Positions 1-12,204 of a stretch of DNA of 64,000 bases are shown one piece after another. Position numbers and translations under genes: made by a program. Position 1 is the stretch's first letter. Every line of letters begins with the position of its first letter. This DNA is from Felis catus (Eukaryota): contig NC_058382.1 of assembly GCF_018350175.1 (NCBI RefSeq), positions 50,222,001 through 50,286,000 on the forward strand, read 5' to 3'. The notes below the pieces were generated by a model. It was given only the letters and a program-made list of their open reading frames with translations, had not been told where the DNA came from and searched no databases.

Positions 1-1132
1 TCATTTCTATTTTTTGTAACAGCTTTAAAAGAATAGGTATTAACTCTTCTTTAAATGTTTGGTAGAATGCCTCTGGAAAGCCATCTGACCCTGGACTCCT
101 GTTGTTTTTTTGTTTTGTTTTCGGGGAGAGGGGGGTGGCGAGATGTTTGATTACTGAATGAATTTCTTTGCTGGTTGTGGGTCTGTTCAAATATTCCGTT
201 TCTTCCTGTTTCAGTTTTGGTAGTTTTTATGTTTCTAGGAATTTGTCCATTTCTTCTAGATTGTCCAATTTGTTGGCATATAAATTGCTGGTAATATTCT
301 CTTATTGTTTGTATTTCTGCAGTGTTGGTTGTGATCTCTCACCTTTCATTTGTGATTTTATTTATTTGGCTTTCTCCTTTTGATCAGTAGGGCTAGGGGG
401 TTATCAATTTTGTTAATTCTTTCAAAGAACCAGCTCCTGGTTTTGTTGATCCATTTCATTTTTTTTTAATTTTATTATTGATTTCTGCTCTAATCTTTGA
501 GAATTTTTTAAAAATTTATTTATTTTTGAGAGAGAGTGAGAGTGTGAGTGAGCAGGGGAGTGGCAGAGAGGAGGGCAAGAGAATCCCAGTAGGGTCCACA
601 CCATCAGTGCAGAGTCTGAGGCAGGGCTCAAGGTCACAAACTGTGAGGTCATGGCCTGAGCCAAAATCAAGAGTCAGACACTTAACTGACTGAGCCACCC
701 AGGCACCCTGATTACTGCTCTAATCTTTATTCTTTCTTTTCTTTTGCTGTCTTGTGATTTATTTACTGTTCTTTTTACAGCTCCTTTAGATGTAACATTA
801 GGTTGTGTATTTGAGACATTTCTTCCTTCTTTAGGAGAGTTTGTATTGCTTTATATTTCCCTCTTATGACCACTTGTGCTGCGTCCCTGAGGTTTTGTAC
901 TGTCAGGTTTTTATTTTCATTGGCTTCCACGTACTTTTTAATTTCCTCTTTAATTTTTTGTTTAACCCATTCATTCTTTAGTAGGATGCTCTTTATCTCC
1001 AAGTATTTGTGTCTTTCCAATTTTTTTTTCTTGTGGTTAGATCAAGTTTCATAGTGTTGTGCTCTGAAAGTATGCATGATATGATCTCATTCCTTTTGTA
1101 CTTGTTGAGGGCTTATTTGTAACCCAGTATGT
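1..1132 (-). mobile_element. LINE-1 fragment, ORF2 endonuclease C-terminal part and downstream; continues beyond left edge
   Basis: Minus-strand ORF 775-1020 (LLKNEWVKQKIKEEIKKYVEANENKNLTVQNLRDAAQVVIRGK) is L1 ORF2-like; homologous to 35250-35990 and 26570-27670. Confidence 0.92.
499..708 (-). mobile_element. CanSINE inserted in L1
   Basis: tRNA-derived head GGGTGCCTGGGTGGCTCAGTC on minus; TSD TGATTWCTGCTCTAATCTTT at 479-498 and 709-728. Confidence 0.93.
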
Positions 1133-1985
1133 AGTAGCAGGATATATTCAATGTGATGAATCAGAAAAATATGCTGTGAATAATTCTCTATCCAGCAAGG
1201 TTTTAATTCAAAATAGAAGGAAAGATAAAGAGTTTCCAGAAAAACAAAAACTAAAGGAGTTTGTGACCACTAAACCAGCCCTATGAGAAATTTTAAGGGG
1301 CATTCTTTGAGTGGAGAAAAAAATAAAACAAGACCAAAAGCCCACAAAGACTAGAAAGGACCAGAGAACATCACCAGAAACACCAACTGTACAAACTATA
1401 CAATGGCACTAAATTCATATCTTTCAATTCTAAATGTAATTAGACTAAATGCTCCAGTCACAACACACTGGGTATCAGAATGGATAAAAGATCAAGACCT
1501 ATCTATATGCTGCCTGCAAGAGACTCATTTTAGTCCTAAAGACACCTGCAGATTGAAAGTTAGGGACTGGAGAACTGTCTATCATGCTAATGGACATCAT
1601 ACTTATATCAGACAAACTAGATATTAAAACAAGACTGTAAGAAGAGATGAAGAAGGACATTATATCATAATTAAAGGATCTTTCCTCCCAGAACATCTAA
1701 CAATTATAAACATTGATGCCCCCAACTTGAAAGCACCAAAATATATACATCAATTAATAACAAATAAAAAGAAACTCATTGATAATAATACCATAATAGT
1801 AGAGGACTTTAACTCCCCAGTTACAGCAATGGACAAATCATCTAAGCAGGAAATCAATAAGGAAACAATAGCTTTGAATGGCACATGGACCAGATGGAAT
1901 TAACACATATATTTAGAACATTTTATCCTAAAGCATATACATTCTTCTCAAGTGTACATGGAAAATTTTCTGGAGTAGATAACAT
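1133..1985 (+). mobile_element. Inverted 5' segment of the same L1 (ORF1 end, spacer, ORF2 endonuclease start)
   Basis: ORF 1403-1627 MALNSYLSIL..ICCLQETHF is the L1 endonuclease N-terminus; upstream sequence matches ORF1 end (RILYPAR-type region). Confidence 0.9.
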
Positions 1986-2168
1986 TTTAAATTTTAATAC
2001 ACAATTTCTAGATTACTTTCCCCGGGAAGCAGCTCATACTCTATGAACAAAGTCTGAAGATGGCTTATCCTCATTAGCTATGAGTGTTATTTCCTTTTAA
2101 GTTTTGTGCTAATCTAATAGGTAAAAAATAGTTATGATTTTTCTTTTAATTTATAATCATTATTTCTT

Positions 2169-2389
2169 TTTTTAAATGTTTATTTATTTTTGAGAAAGAG
2201 AGAGACAGAGACAAAGACAGACAGTGGTGGATGAGGGGCAGAGAGAGAGGGAGACCAAAGCAGATTCCAAAACAGCCTCCAGGTTCGGAGCTGTCATCAC
2301 AGAGCCCAACGTGGGGCTGGAACTCACAGACTGTGAGATGACCTGAGCCAAAGTCATACGCTCAACTGAATGAGCCACCCAGGCACCCC
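2169..2389 (-). mobile_element. CanSINE
   Basis: SINE body with GA-rich repeat; TSD AATCATTATTTCTTT on both sides. Confidence 0.93.
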
Positions 2390-2409
2390 ATACAATCATT
2401 ATTTCTTTA

Positions 2410-2645
2410 AAAATTGTAGTAAGAACACTTAACCTGAGATTTACCTGCTTAACAAAAATTTTAAGTGCACAATACAGTATTGTTAAGTATAGATGCAGTG
2501 TTTTATAGCAGCAGGTTTCCAGAACTTATTCATATTACATAATTGGTATGCTATCACTTAGCATGATAGCCTCCAGGTTCATCTGTATTTGTCACATATG
2601 TCAGGATGTCCTTTTTTTTTTCTTTTTTAAAGACTGAATCTATTA
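2410..2645 (-). mobile_element. Old L1 (L1MA/MB-like) 3' end fragment
   Basis: AAGTGCACAATACAGTATTGTT...CAGAACTTATTCAT and CACTTAGCATGAT..TCCAGGTTCATC motifs typical of antisense L1M 3' ends. Confidence 0.65.
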
Positions 2646-3489
2646 TTGTTTTTGATGTTGTTCATAAGAGAATAAGATCCCTTGAATAAATGTTGTGAAC
2701 TTTGAAAGTAATACTTTCAGTAACTTTCCTACTTTTCCTTTCTTTTTATGTTTTAAATTAAAACAATGTCTTCAGTTTAATGCAAAACCACATTTTAAAC
2801 CTACAACTTAAAACTCTGTTTTGGTGATTTGGTTGCTTTTATCATACTCCAAAACCAAAGTATACTGGAATATTTTAATTCAAGGTACACTTCTCAATTA
2901 TGATGCAACTTGATATTTTGTAGGACAATTATAATTCAAATATTCCATTCAATGTAATATATACAATAATGTAATTTATTGCTGTTATTTTTTTGAGACT
3001 TATTTTTTAAAAATTCACATAATAAAGGGAAATCTATATGCAGAAAATGTACCTAGAAGGTTTTTATAACCGTATTTTTATCATTTTGAATTTATAAGAA
3101 AGATCCTTAGGTAGTGACCTTTTTAACAAGAAGGTCCTCATTACTGCTTCATTTTGAAATGTTTAATATAGACATCTTTCCATATCTTGGTCTATTGCAA
3201 GAGATAATAACATCTTTCAAATGGTAGGAATCAGAGAATAAAGTTTTTCTTTAGTTGTCTTCTTGGACTTTATGAAAGATCAGAAAAGAATGCACCTATA
3301 GGTCATTTTGGGGCAAAATTTTGAAACTAATGACCAGCCTGTTTTTCTATGTGTGCAGTTTATATCTATTTGTACTAGAAATGAGAATCATAGCTTCTTG
3401 AAAAAAAATATGACCATTATGCACTTAGCTGTATTCATATATTGCATTTTTTTGGATTGTATGAAGTTACATAAACATTCCTGTAATTA

Positions 3490-4170
3490 AAAAAAATTGC
3501 TATAGAACATAAAAACATGCCAAATAATGTAAAGAAGTGCCATTTTTGCTGGATGGAAGACTCAATATTTAAAAAATATGTCTCTAATAAGTTAATGTGT
3601 AATATCAGTGTGGTCCCAATAAAACATCTAATAGATTTTAAAATAGAATTTGGCAGGCTGTTTCTTTATGAGCACAGCCACTGGTAAAGTTGTTTCTATT
3701 AAGATATATAGTCCAACAGAAGCTGAAAAAACAGTGCAGTAGAGTTAAGTATCAGTGACAACAGGGAAGAAATATCTTTTATTATGTTAACAGGCAAAGG
3801 AGTAACATCTATGATTCCTAAAAGGAAACATTTCCAATATTGAAGAAGAATATTAACCCAATAAAAATGGACAAAGATAGGAAAAGGAAATTCATAGAAG
3901 TTGAAACACTGAAGTTCATATATAGATTTCAGCAGTTATATATTTTATCATAAAAACTAATTGAAAAAATTTAACCACTAAATAGATAAATTTCCCACCA
4001 TGAGAATTAAAAAAATAATGCTAATGTCAAGTGTGATTAAAGGTGTATATCAAATATTTAGCATTCTGGTGGAGTTTTTAATTGGTATAGACACTATGGG
4101 GAGAAATTTGGTATCACTTACTAAATTTTAAATGTGCATGCTTTATGGCATTGTCATTCTTCTTTATGAT
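3490..4170 (+). mobile_element. Highly decayed old L1M ORF2 fragment
   Basis: TGGATGGAAGACTCAATATT resembles the ORF2 WIGRLNI region; AACCCAATAAAAATGGACAAAG and later ORF2 C-terminal remnants. Confidence 0.55.
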
Positions 4171-4490
4171 ATAAATTAAATTAAGTAAATTTCACAGTAG
4201 GGCATGAGAGCAGTAGGGAATGAGAAAGCACCTCAGGTCCAACTACATTATTATGACTAGGAAGGGTTATAAAACATGACATTCAGTCACAGACTGGTTT
4301 GCAAGATATATTATATGAAAACAAGTTGAAAATACATACAACATTTTCTATTAAAATACAAAAATAAATTCTTTATCAGAATAGGATGTGTGGATTCATC
4401 AATGGTACAGGGCGTCTTGTAGAACATATCACAGGAATTATGGTAATTATGGAGGCAGAGGAGATGGAGACAGAATCAGTTTACTTACCC

Positions 4491-5441
4491 TTTTTCTTTT
4501 TTTTTTCTTTTCTTTTTCTTTTTCTTTTTCTTTTTCTTTTTCTTTTTCTTTTTTTTTCCTTTTTCCTTTCCTTTCCTTTCCTTTCCTTTCCTTTCCTTTC
4601 CTTTCCTTTCCTTTCCTTTCCTTTCCTTTCCTTTCCTTTTTCCTTTCCTTTTTCCTTTCCCTTTTCCTTTCCCTTTTCCTTTCCCTTTTCCTTTCCCTTT
4701 TCCTTTCCCTTTTCCTTTCCCTTTTCCTTTCCCCTTTCCTTTCCCCTTTCCTTTCCCCTTTCCTTTCCCCTTTCCTTTCCCCTTTCCTTTCCCCTTTCCT
4801 TTCCCCTTTCCTTTCCCCTTTCCTTTCCCCTTTCCTTTCCCCTTTCCTTTCCCCTTTCCTTTCCCCTTTCCTTTCCCCTTTCCTTTCCCCTTTCCTTTCC
4901 CCTTTCCTTTCCCCTTTCCTTTCCCCTTTCCTTTCCCTTTTCCTTTCCCTTTTCCTTTCCCTTTTCCTTTCCCTTTTCCTTTCCCTTTTCCTTTCCCTTT
5001 TCCTTTCCCTTTTCCTTTCCCTTTCCCTTTCCCTTTCCCTTTCCCTTTCCCTTTCCCCTTTCCCTTTCCCCTTTCCCTTTCCCCTTTCCCTTTCCCCTTT
5101 CCTTTCCTTTCCTTTCCTTTCCTTTCCTTTCCTTTCCTTTCCTTTCCTTTCCTTTCCTTTCCTTTCCTTTCCTTTCCTTTCCTTTCCTTTCCTTTCCTTT
5201 CCTTTCCTTTCCTTTCCTTTCCTTTCCTTTCCTTTCCTTTCCTTTCCTTTCCTTTCCTTTCCTTTCCTTTCCTTTCCTTTCCTTTCCTTTCCTTTCCTTT
5301 CCTTTCCTTTCCTTTCCTTTCCTTTCCTTTCCTTTCCTTTCCTTTCCTTTCCTTTCCTTTCCTTTCCTTTCCTTTCCTTTCCTTTCCTTTCCTTTCCTTT
5401 CCTTTCCTTTCCTTTCCTTTCCTTTCCTTTCCTTTCCTTTC
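4491..5441. repeat. About 950-bp compound polypyrimidine microsatellite: (TTTTTC)n, (CCTTT)n, 12-mers, (CCCTTT)n, (CCTTT)n
   Basis: Read directly; C/T only on + strand. Confidence 0.98.
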
Positions 5442-5637
5442 TTTTTTGTTTTCTTTGAGAGAGTGAGCATGCGTGCAAGCAGAGAAGGGGCAGAAAAATA
5501 GGGAGGGAGACAATCCCAAGCAGGCTCCATGCTCAGTGTGGAGCGCTAGGTGGGGCACAATCTCATAACCTTGATTTCACAGCCTGAGCCAAAATCAGAG
5601 GTCAGATGCTTTAATGACTGAGCCACCCAGGTGATTC
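5442..5637 (-). mobile_element. CanSINE whose tail is the adjacent microsatellite
   Basis: SINE body; candidate TSD AGTTTACTTA at 4478-4487 and 5640-5649 encloses both tract and SINE. Confidence 0.88.
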
Positions 5638-5704
5638 TTAGTTTACTTATTTTAAATATTGTCATAGAAATTTATTAAGATATTACCTGTTATAATTAAG
5701 CATT

Positions 5705-5810
5705 TTTTATTTTTTTATTGAGCTATAGTTGACATACGTTGTATTAGTTTCAGGGGTACTACATAATGATCTGATATTTGTATATGTTGTGAAATGATCG
5801 CCACTAAGCA
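5705..5810 (-). mobile_element. Short L1 3' end fragment
   Basis: TTTTTATTGAG.TATAGTTGACATAC..TATTAGTTTCAGG is a typical antisense L1 3' terminus. Confidence 0.65.
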
Positions 5811-6324
5811 TTTATTGTTAATGGAATTCTACTGAAGTGTCTGGTTTAGAATCAGAAAGATACAGCCTTGAATAGGGCTTATCAGCTAGGGTATATGTTT
5901 TCAGGTAAATGTAAAAACATGGTTTTGTTCCAGAGAAGCAGTTTGCCTAAGTAGAATGCCATTTGAAGTTTAGAAGACTGAACTGAAGATTTTTAAAGAT
6001 AAAATTTCTAATTACAGACCTAACATACGTTAGGATAATTCTTGGCTCTCTATTAAATCAATAAGGAAATGCCCCTCCTTTGTGCTGCTATTATATTAAG
6101 AATTGATTTGCACAACCACCTCATTCACACCCTTATCTAGTCCATTGTAAGGATCATGATCCAGTATTTGGCATTAGACAAACCTGCTATTAGGGAATAG
6201 GCCATAGGAAAAAAAACCTCATGTGTGGAATGAAGTATATATGCAAGTGCACCTATCACATGCTCAAGACATGTTTGTTTCCTTTCACAAATTTTAAGAT
6301 TTTCTTGCTGCTGAAGGGAGTGTC

Positions 6325-7165
6325 TAGTGTCTGGCAACCATTGCTCTCTTCTGTACTTTCACGAGTTTAACTACTTAAAATACTTCCTATAAGCAGAACC
6401 ATGCAGTGTTTGTCCTTCTGTGACTACCTTATTTCACTTACCATAATGTCTTCCAGGTTCATCCATATTGATGCATATGGCAGGACTTCCTTCTGTTTAC
6501 AACTGAATAATATACCATCGTATTTATTTACCTTATTTTCTTTATCCATTCATCATTGATGAATATTTAGGTTGTTTATAAATCTTGCCTGTTGTGAATA
6601 ATGCTGCTGTGAACATAGGAGTGAAGATCCTGATTTTAATTCAGAAGATTGCCAGATCATATAATAGTTCTATTTTTAACTTTTTGAGGACCCTTTATAC
6701 TATTTTCTATAGGGCTGCACAGTTCTGTATTCTATCAACAGTGTACAATACAAACATTCCAATTTCCCCACATTCTTTCCAACAACGACAACAATAATAG
6801 TAATTATTATTTTGACAATAGCCATACTAACAGGTGGTGAGGTGATAATGTGGTTTTGGTTTGCATTTCCCTGATGATTGGTGCTGTTTAGCATCTTTTC
6901 ATATTCTTGTTGGTCATTTGTATGTCTTCTTTAGAGAAATGTCTGTTCAAGTCCTTTGCCCATTTTTAAAATTTGGCTTTTTTTGTTTTTTGCTGTTTTT
7001 GCTGTTTTGTTGTAGGACTGCCTTATATATTTTGGAAATCAACTGCTTATCACATACAGTGCATATATTGCTCCCATTCTGTAAGTTGCCTTTCCACTCT
7101 ATTGATTGTTCACTTTGTTGTGCAGAACTTTATTAGTTTAGCCCCTCTTGTCTGTTTTTACTTCT
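6325..7165 (-). mobile_element. L1MA/MB-like ORF2 3' end and 3'UTR
   Basis: TCTGGCAACCATTG, TTATTTCACTTA, TGAATAATGCTGCTGTGAACAT, TTTGCATTTCCCTGATGAT motifs; homologous to 58380-59160. Confidence 0.85.
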
Positions 7166-7171
7166 GAAATG

Positions 7172-7427
7172 ATAGTTAATGTGTGAATAAGGATTGTATT
7201 TGGTGAAAGAATGTGTTCATCACACCGTGGTACATGGAATAAATGATGTAAAGACATATGTATAAAAGATGTTTCTAAAAGTGCTAGTTATATATGTGAG
7301 TAAGGACAGTGATAGTTCAGTGAAAGAATATGTTCACCACACTGTGATGCATGAAATATACTATGTAAAGGCACATAAATAAAAGGTGTTTCTAAGAATC
7401 TAGTTGTATATGTGAATTAAGACTGTT
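7172..7427. repeat. Diverged tandem duplication, period about 117 bp (about 2.2 copies)
   Basis: GTGAAAGAATGTGTTCATCACACCGTG at 7203 vs GTGAAAGAATATGTTCACCACACTGTG at 7320, with colinear downstream similarity. Confidence 0.85.
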
Positions 7428-8849
7428 AAAAAAACCCGTAAGAAACCAAAAAACCAAAAGATGGTTTTTTTTAAGGTAAACACTATTGGGAATTAAGAGT
7501 TATTTTTCTGTCTGGATTTTTGATTGGGCAGTTCAAGGGAGTAATCATTAAATAAACACAGGCATGTAAAGCATATTTTAGTTACTTCATACATTTTGGG
7601 GCACCTAAACCCCAACTCCACCACTTAGGGTGGAGATAAAATATTCCAGTAATGTTTTTATTTCTGACTGTTGGGATTATATTTTGTTCAATCTGGAACA
7701 TGTGTCCCTAACTAGGTCATCAAATGACACATGAATTTTCCCTTCAGTATTAATTTTCACAGTGGTGATTGCAGTATTCAATAAATCCATAACAAGACAT
7801 AGCACTCCATTAGAAAAAAACAATTCCATTCTCAATTGATGGATAAACAGTTTAGTATGAGATCGTTTGATAGTTTCTGCCTTAAACTATTTGGTCTCCC
7901 AAGGTAGTGGTATTTTTTAGAGCCAGCCCTTGCACCGTGTCATTGTAATGACACCGTAAAACAGTTCTTTTTATACTTTCCAATAAAACAGTGTGACATC
8001 TTAAATCTGAGTTGCTTTACTTTTTAAAGGGTGAAGAATGCATGATTCCTTTCCATCTGCCTCCCTCCAGCAAGGCAATCATCAGGTACAAAGAAAGAAG
8101 CTCAGGGGAAACACACTGTCACTCTATGAATACATTCAAGGTAACCATATAGATGGAGAGGGAATTGTTCAGTCTAAGAAGATAAGACAAGGTGACAATA
8201 ACCTAGAATTATTCAAAGATGTTTAGGTTTTTCAATGGGTAAAGATAATACAATGGAAGATTCTTCCACACAAATGCACACTCTGCAGGGTCAGAGGTGG
8301 TTTCAGAATCATCACAGAACAGCCAAGTCTGGGATTAGCCATTGCAACTAAAATGAGACTCTTTGTTTTGAAAGTTGGGGCCATGTCCTGTTACATGGAT
8401 CAAGTTGGGTGTGTGAGAGGGAGAGGGAGGACTGGAAAGGGAAATATGCAAGGGGGTGGTTTCTGGATGTTGTCTCTATTCAAGTAGAACTGATCTCTAA
8501 AATAATAGTTATCCATTTCTCTTCAAAGCTTCAATTTTGATAATATTTCCCCCCTTGCTAAAAAGAAAGCATAACCAAATAAACACAAACAAAACAACTC
8601 CTGCTCAGAGTCTGTATGTAAGATTGCTTGCACATGTTCTGATAATAATTATTTTAATGTTAATAATGTGTTGTGCAGTGGCAACTCTGAGTCAAAATAG
8701 CAAAAATCTAACCCCTCAGAAGGATCTAAGTCAATGGAAGCATTTGAAAATACTAGTTTTTCAGAGAAAATCTATTGTTAATATTGTTTTATTTTCCTGA
8801 AGATCAGACATGGGTTTTGAGAGATGGAGGTACTAAAGTTTGTAATAGC

Positions 8850-9199
8850 TGTCTTAGTACGTTCAGGCTGCTGTAACAAAATACCACTGTCTGGGTGGCT
8901 TAGAATTTACATAAATTTATTTCTCACAGTTCTGGAGGCTGCAAATGTGAGATCAGAGTGCTAGCATGGTCAAGTGAAGGCTCTCATCTGAACGGTAGAT
9001 TTATTGTATTCTCACATGGTGAAAAGGGCTAGGGAGCTTTTGGGGCTTCTTTTATAATGGCACTAATTCCATTCACAAGGGCTCTGAGGCACTCATAACC
9101 TCAGCATTTCTCAGTAGCCCACCTCCTAATACTATCATATCGAGCATTAGGATTTCAAAATACGCATTTTGGTGGAACATAAACATTCAGACCATAGCA
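8850..9199 (-). mobile_element. Solo MaLR LTR (MLT1A-like)
   Basis: TG...CA termini; TGTCTTAGT..CAGGCTGCT.TAACAAAATACCA..ATTTATTTCTCACAGTTCTGGAGGCTG; 5-bp TSD-like ATAGC/ATGGC. Confidence 0.88.
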
Positions 9200-9767
9200 A
9201 TGGCTGTGTCCTGCTTCCATAGCCAACTTTTCCCTTGTGACTTACTCAAATCCATAATGTGAACCAGACTCTTGATCTTTACAGATAAACCCCTAGCAAA
9301 TGTCGTCTTCTCTGAATTCATATTTGAGCTGAAATTCCCAGGATTATCTACTTGCAGTGACATTTTGCAAATATTGATTTAATAACTTGATTTACCTCTT
9401 TCTTCAGAGTTCTGTATGTCTCTGTAAAACCTGCTTTCGCTCTCTTTAACATGCACTTGCATAATGTAAACTGAAGACAGATGTCCTAAATGCATACTAA
9501 TGGAGAATACTTTGGCTTCTGTAATTCCTGATATGTAAAGCTGATGAACACACGAACGAGGACAAACCCTGCCTGCCGGGTGCCCTCTTTGAAATTTCTA
9601 ATCTGTGGTCTAAGGAGCATTCTCTTTGTCCCTGGAATCTTGACACATGGATAGTTGTTTAATAATTATTTTATTACTGTTTAGATTTGAAAATTTATTT
9701 TTATTACCACACAATAAAATTGTTGAAAAGCTTTATGCCACCCTGGAAAAGAAAAAGCTCCCTTAAA

Positions 9768-10405
9768 GCAGCATGAGGATTCCTCAAAAAGTTAAAAATC
9801 AAACTACCTTGTGATCCGGCAATTGCACTAGTAGATATTTATCTGCAGGATACAAAAATACTAATTCAAAGGAATACATGTACCCCAACGTTTATGGCTG
9901 CATTTATCAGCAATAGCCAAACTATGGAGAAAGCCCACATGTCCACCAACTGATGAATGGATAAAGTGGATAAAGAAGATGTTGTATATATGTATATATA
10001 ATGGAATATTACTCAGTCATCAAAAAGAATGAAATCTTGCCATTTGCAATGATGTGGATGGAGCTAGAGAGTATTAGGCTAACCGAGATAAGTCAGTCAA
10101 AGAAAGACGAATACCACATGACTTCACTCATACGTGGAATTTAAGAAACCAAACAAACAAACATGGGGAAAAAAAGGAAAACCAAGGAACAAACTCTTAA
10201 GTGTAGATAACAAACAATAGAGAGGGTTCCCAGAGGGGAGGTGTGTAGGGGGATGGGTAAATAGCTGATGAGTATTAAGGGGTGCACTTGTGATGAGTAC
10301 TGGGTATTTTAAGTGTTGAATCTCTATGTGGTATACCTGAAACTAATATTACACTGTATGTTAACTAACTGGAATTTAAATAAAAACTTAATAATAAGAA
10401 AAATG
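9768..10405 (+). mobile_element. 5'-truncated carnivore L1 (3' end)
   Basis: ORF2 C-terminal and 3'UTR motifs, A-rich tail; TSD AAAAGCTCCCTTAAA at about 9753-9767 and 10406-10420. Confidence 0.92.
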
Positions 10406-11185
10406 AAAAGCTCCCTTAAATAGGGGGACCAAAGTGATAATGGAGAAAATAAAATAGGTTAATACAGGGGAAATGTGGTTTTGGATTCTTTATCTAATCA
10501 TAGTGTGGTAGGCAGAAAGAGTTCCAAGTTTTACTTCCAAAGGACTGAAACAAATCCTAGAAGAAAAATAGGGAGACAGCCGACTAGCCAGTTGATCATT
10601 AAATAAAGTAACCCCCTTTCCATTTATCTCATTGCCAAGGAGTATCATTAGTTTTTGCTTAGGACCAGGAATGTGTACACCGTGGTGCTCAGAAAGATAG
10701 CAGAGAACTAGTGTATGAGAACCAGAGAACTGGAGAACCAGAATGAACTCCACAACATTCTATGGAACCTTTTGGGGGTTCTTTTGTGTGGTAAGGGGAA
10801 GTGAGCAGCAGGCTTCTCTGGTTTGGGGAGAAAATCTTAGGGCCCACTTGCTCTGTGAACAAATTTTCAGACAAGTTCCTAATTTCTGGAGGAGTCCACT
10901 CTGGCATATCTGGAGCTTCTGTCTGTACAACCTGTCAGGGGTCTGCAAAGTCAACTGTTTCTCTTTCTGCGATGTTCTGCAGGCCCAGACGCTTCAACTC
11001 ACCCATTCTGCTTGGTCATCTTTCCTCCTTGGCTTCTGATGAAAAGAAAAAAAAAATCATTGATTTCTTAAAACAATTCCTCTGGTTTCCCTGGCTCTGT
11101 CTTGCTCTGATCCTGTTCCTCTAATATGCTTGCTCCTTCTCCCTGCAGTTCTCTCTTTCTCCTCTGGGTCTCTGTGTCTGTCTTT

Positions 11186-11425
11186 TTTTTTTTATTTTTA
11201 TTTTTTTTGAAATTTTTTTTTTCAACGTTTATTTATTTTTGGGACAGAGAGAGACAGAGCATGAACGGGGGAGGGGCAGAGAGAGAGGGAGACACAGAAT
11301 CCGAAACAGGCTCCAGGCTCTGAGCCATCAGCCCAGAGCCTGACGCGGGGCTCGAACCCACGGACCGCGAGATCGTGACCTGGCTGAAGTCAGACGCTTA
11401 ACCGACTGCGCCACCCAGGCGCCCC
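11186..11425 (-). mobile_element. Young CanSINE (SINEC_Fc-type)
   Basis: CpG-rich intact body; TSD TCTGTGTCTGTCTTT. Confidence 0.96.
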
Positions 11426-11572
11426 AGTCTGTGTCTGTCTTTTAAGCAGAAGCCTAATTAGTCTTTTGAGAAGCCTGATTAATGAATGAAAAAAAAAAAA
11501 AAGAGAAAGGATTGTATTTTGAGGTGATGTGCTGTTAAGGTAATTCTGTGAGTTTGGAAGGAGTGTATTTTT

Positions 11573-11780
11573 TTTTAACGTTTTATTCATTTTTGAGACA
11601 GAGAGAGACAGAGCATGAATGGGGGAGGGGCAGAGAGAGAGGGAGACACAGAATCGGAAGCAGGCTCCAGGCTCTGAGCCATCAGCCCAGAGCCCGACGC
11701 GGGGCTCGAACTCACGGACTGCGAGATCGTGACCCGAGCTGAAGTCGGGCGCCCAACCGACTGAGCCGCCCAGGCGCCCC
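11573..11780 (-). mobile_element. Young CanSINE
   Basis: CpG-rich body; TSD GGAAGGAGTGTATTTTT at 11556 and 11781. Confidence 0.96.
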
Positions 11781-11979
11781 GGAAGGAGTGTATTTTTAAA
11801 AGGGAAGGTGTATATAGAAATATTTGGAAGAATTATCATGAATCCACCAGAGGGAAGGCTTCATGGGAGCTAAAGGCATATTCTTTTATTCTGAATGTAT
11901 TCTAGTTGATGTTGTTCCTTTGAGTCTTTGCTAGTGTTGTTTAAATGTATGCGTTGTCTTTCTCTACTGTTCTAAGTTT

Positions 11980-12204
11980 TTAAAAAAAAAATTTTTTTTT
12001 TCAACGTTTATTTATTTTTGGGACAGAGAGAGACAGAGCATGAACGGGGGAGGGGCAGAGAGAGAGGGAGACACAGAATCGGAAACAGGCTCCAGGCTCT
12101 GAGCCATCAGCCCAGAGCCTGACGCGGGGCTCGAACTCACGGACCGCGAGATCGTGACCTGGCTGAAGTTGGACGCTCAACCGACTGCGCCACCCAGGCG
12201 CCCC
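11980..12204 (-). mobile_element. Young CanSINE (SINEC_Fc-type)
   Basis: TSD TACTGTTCTAAGTTT at 11965 and 12205. Confidence 0.96.

Noticed and set aside
4386..5558. Five overlapping ORFs of 343-371 aa
   Set aside because: Stop-free translation of a C/T microsatellite, not genes
11186..12204. Near-identical repeats with spacers resembling a CRISPR array or tRNA cluster
   Set aside because: About 220-bp tRNA-derived SINEs with tails and individual TSDs in mammalian DNA
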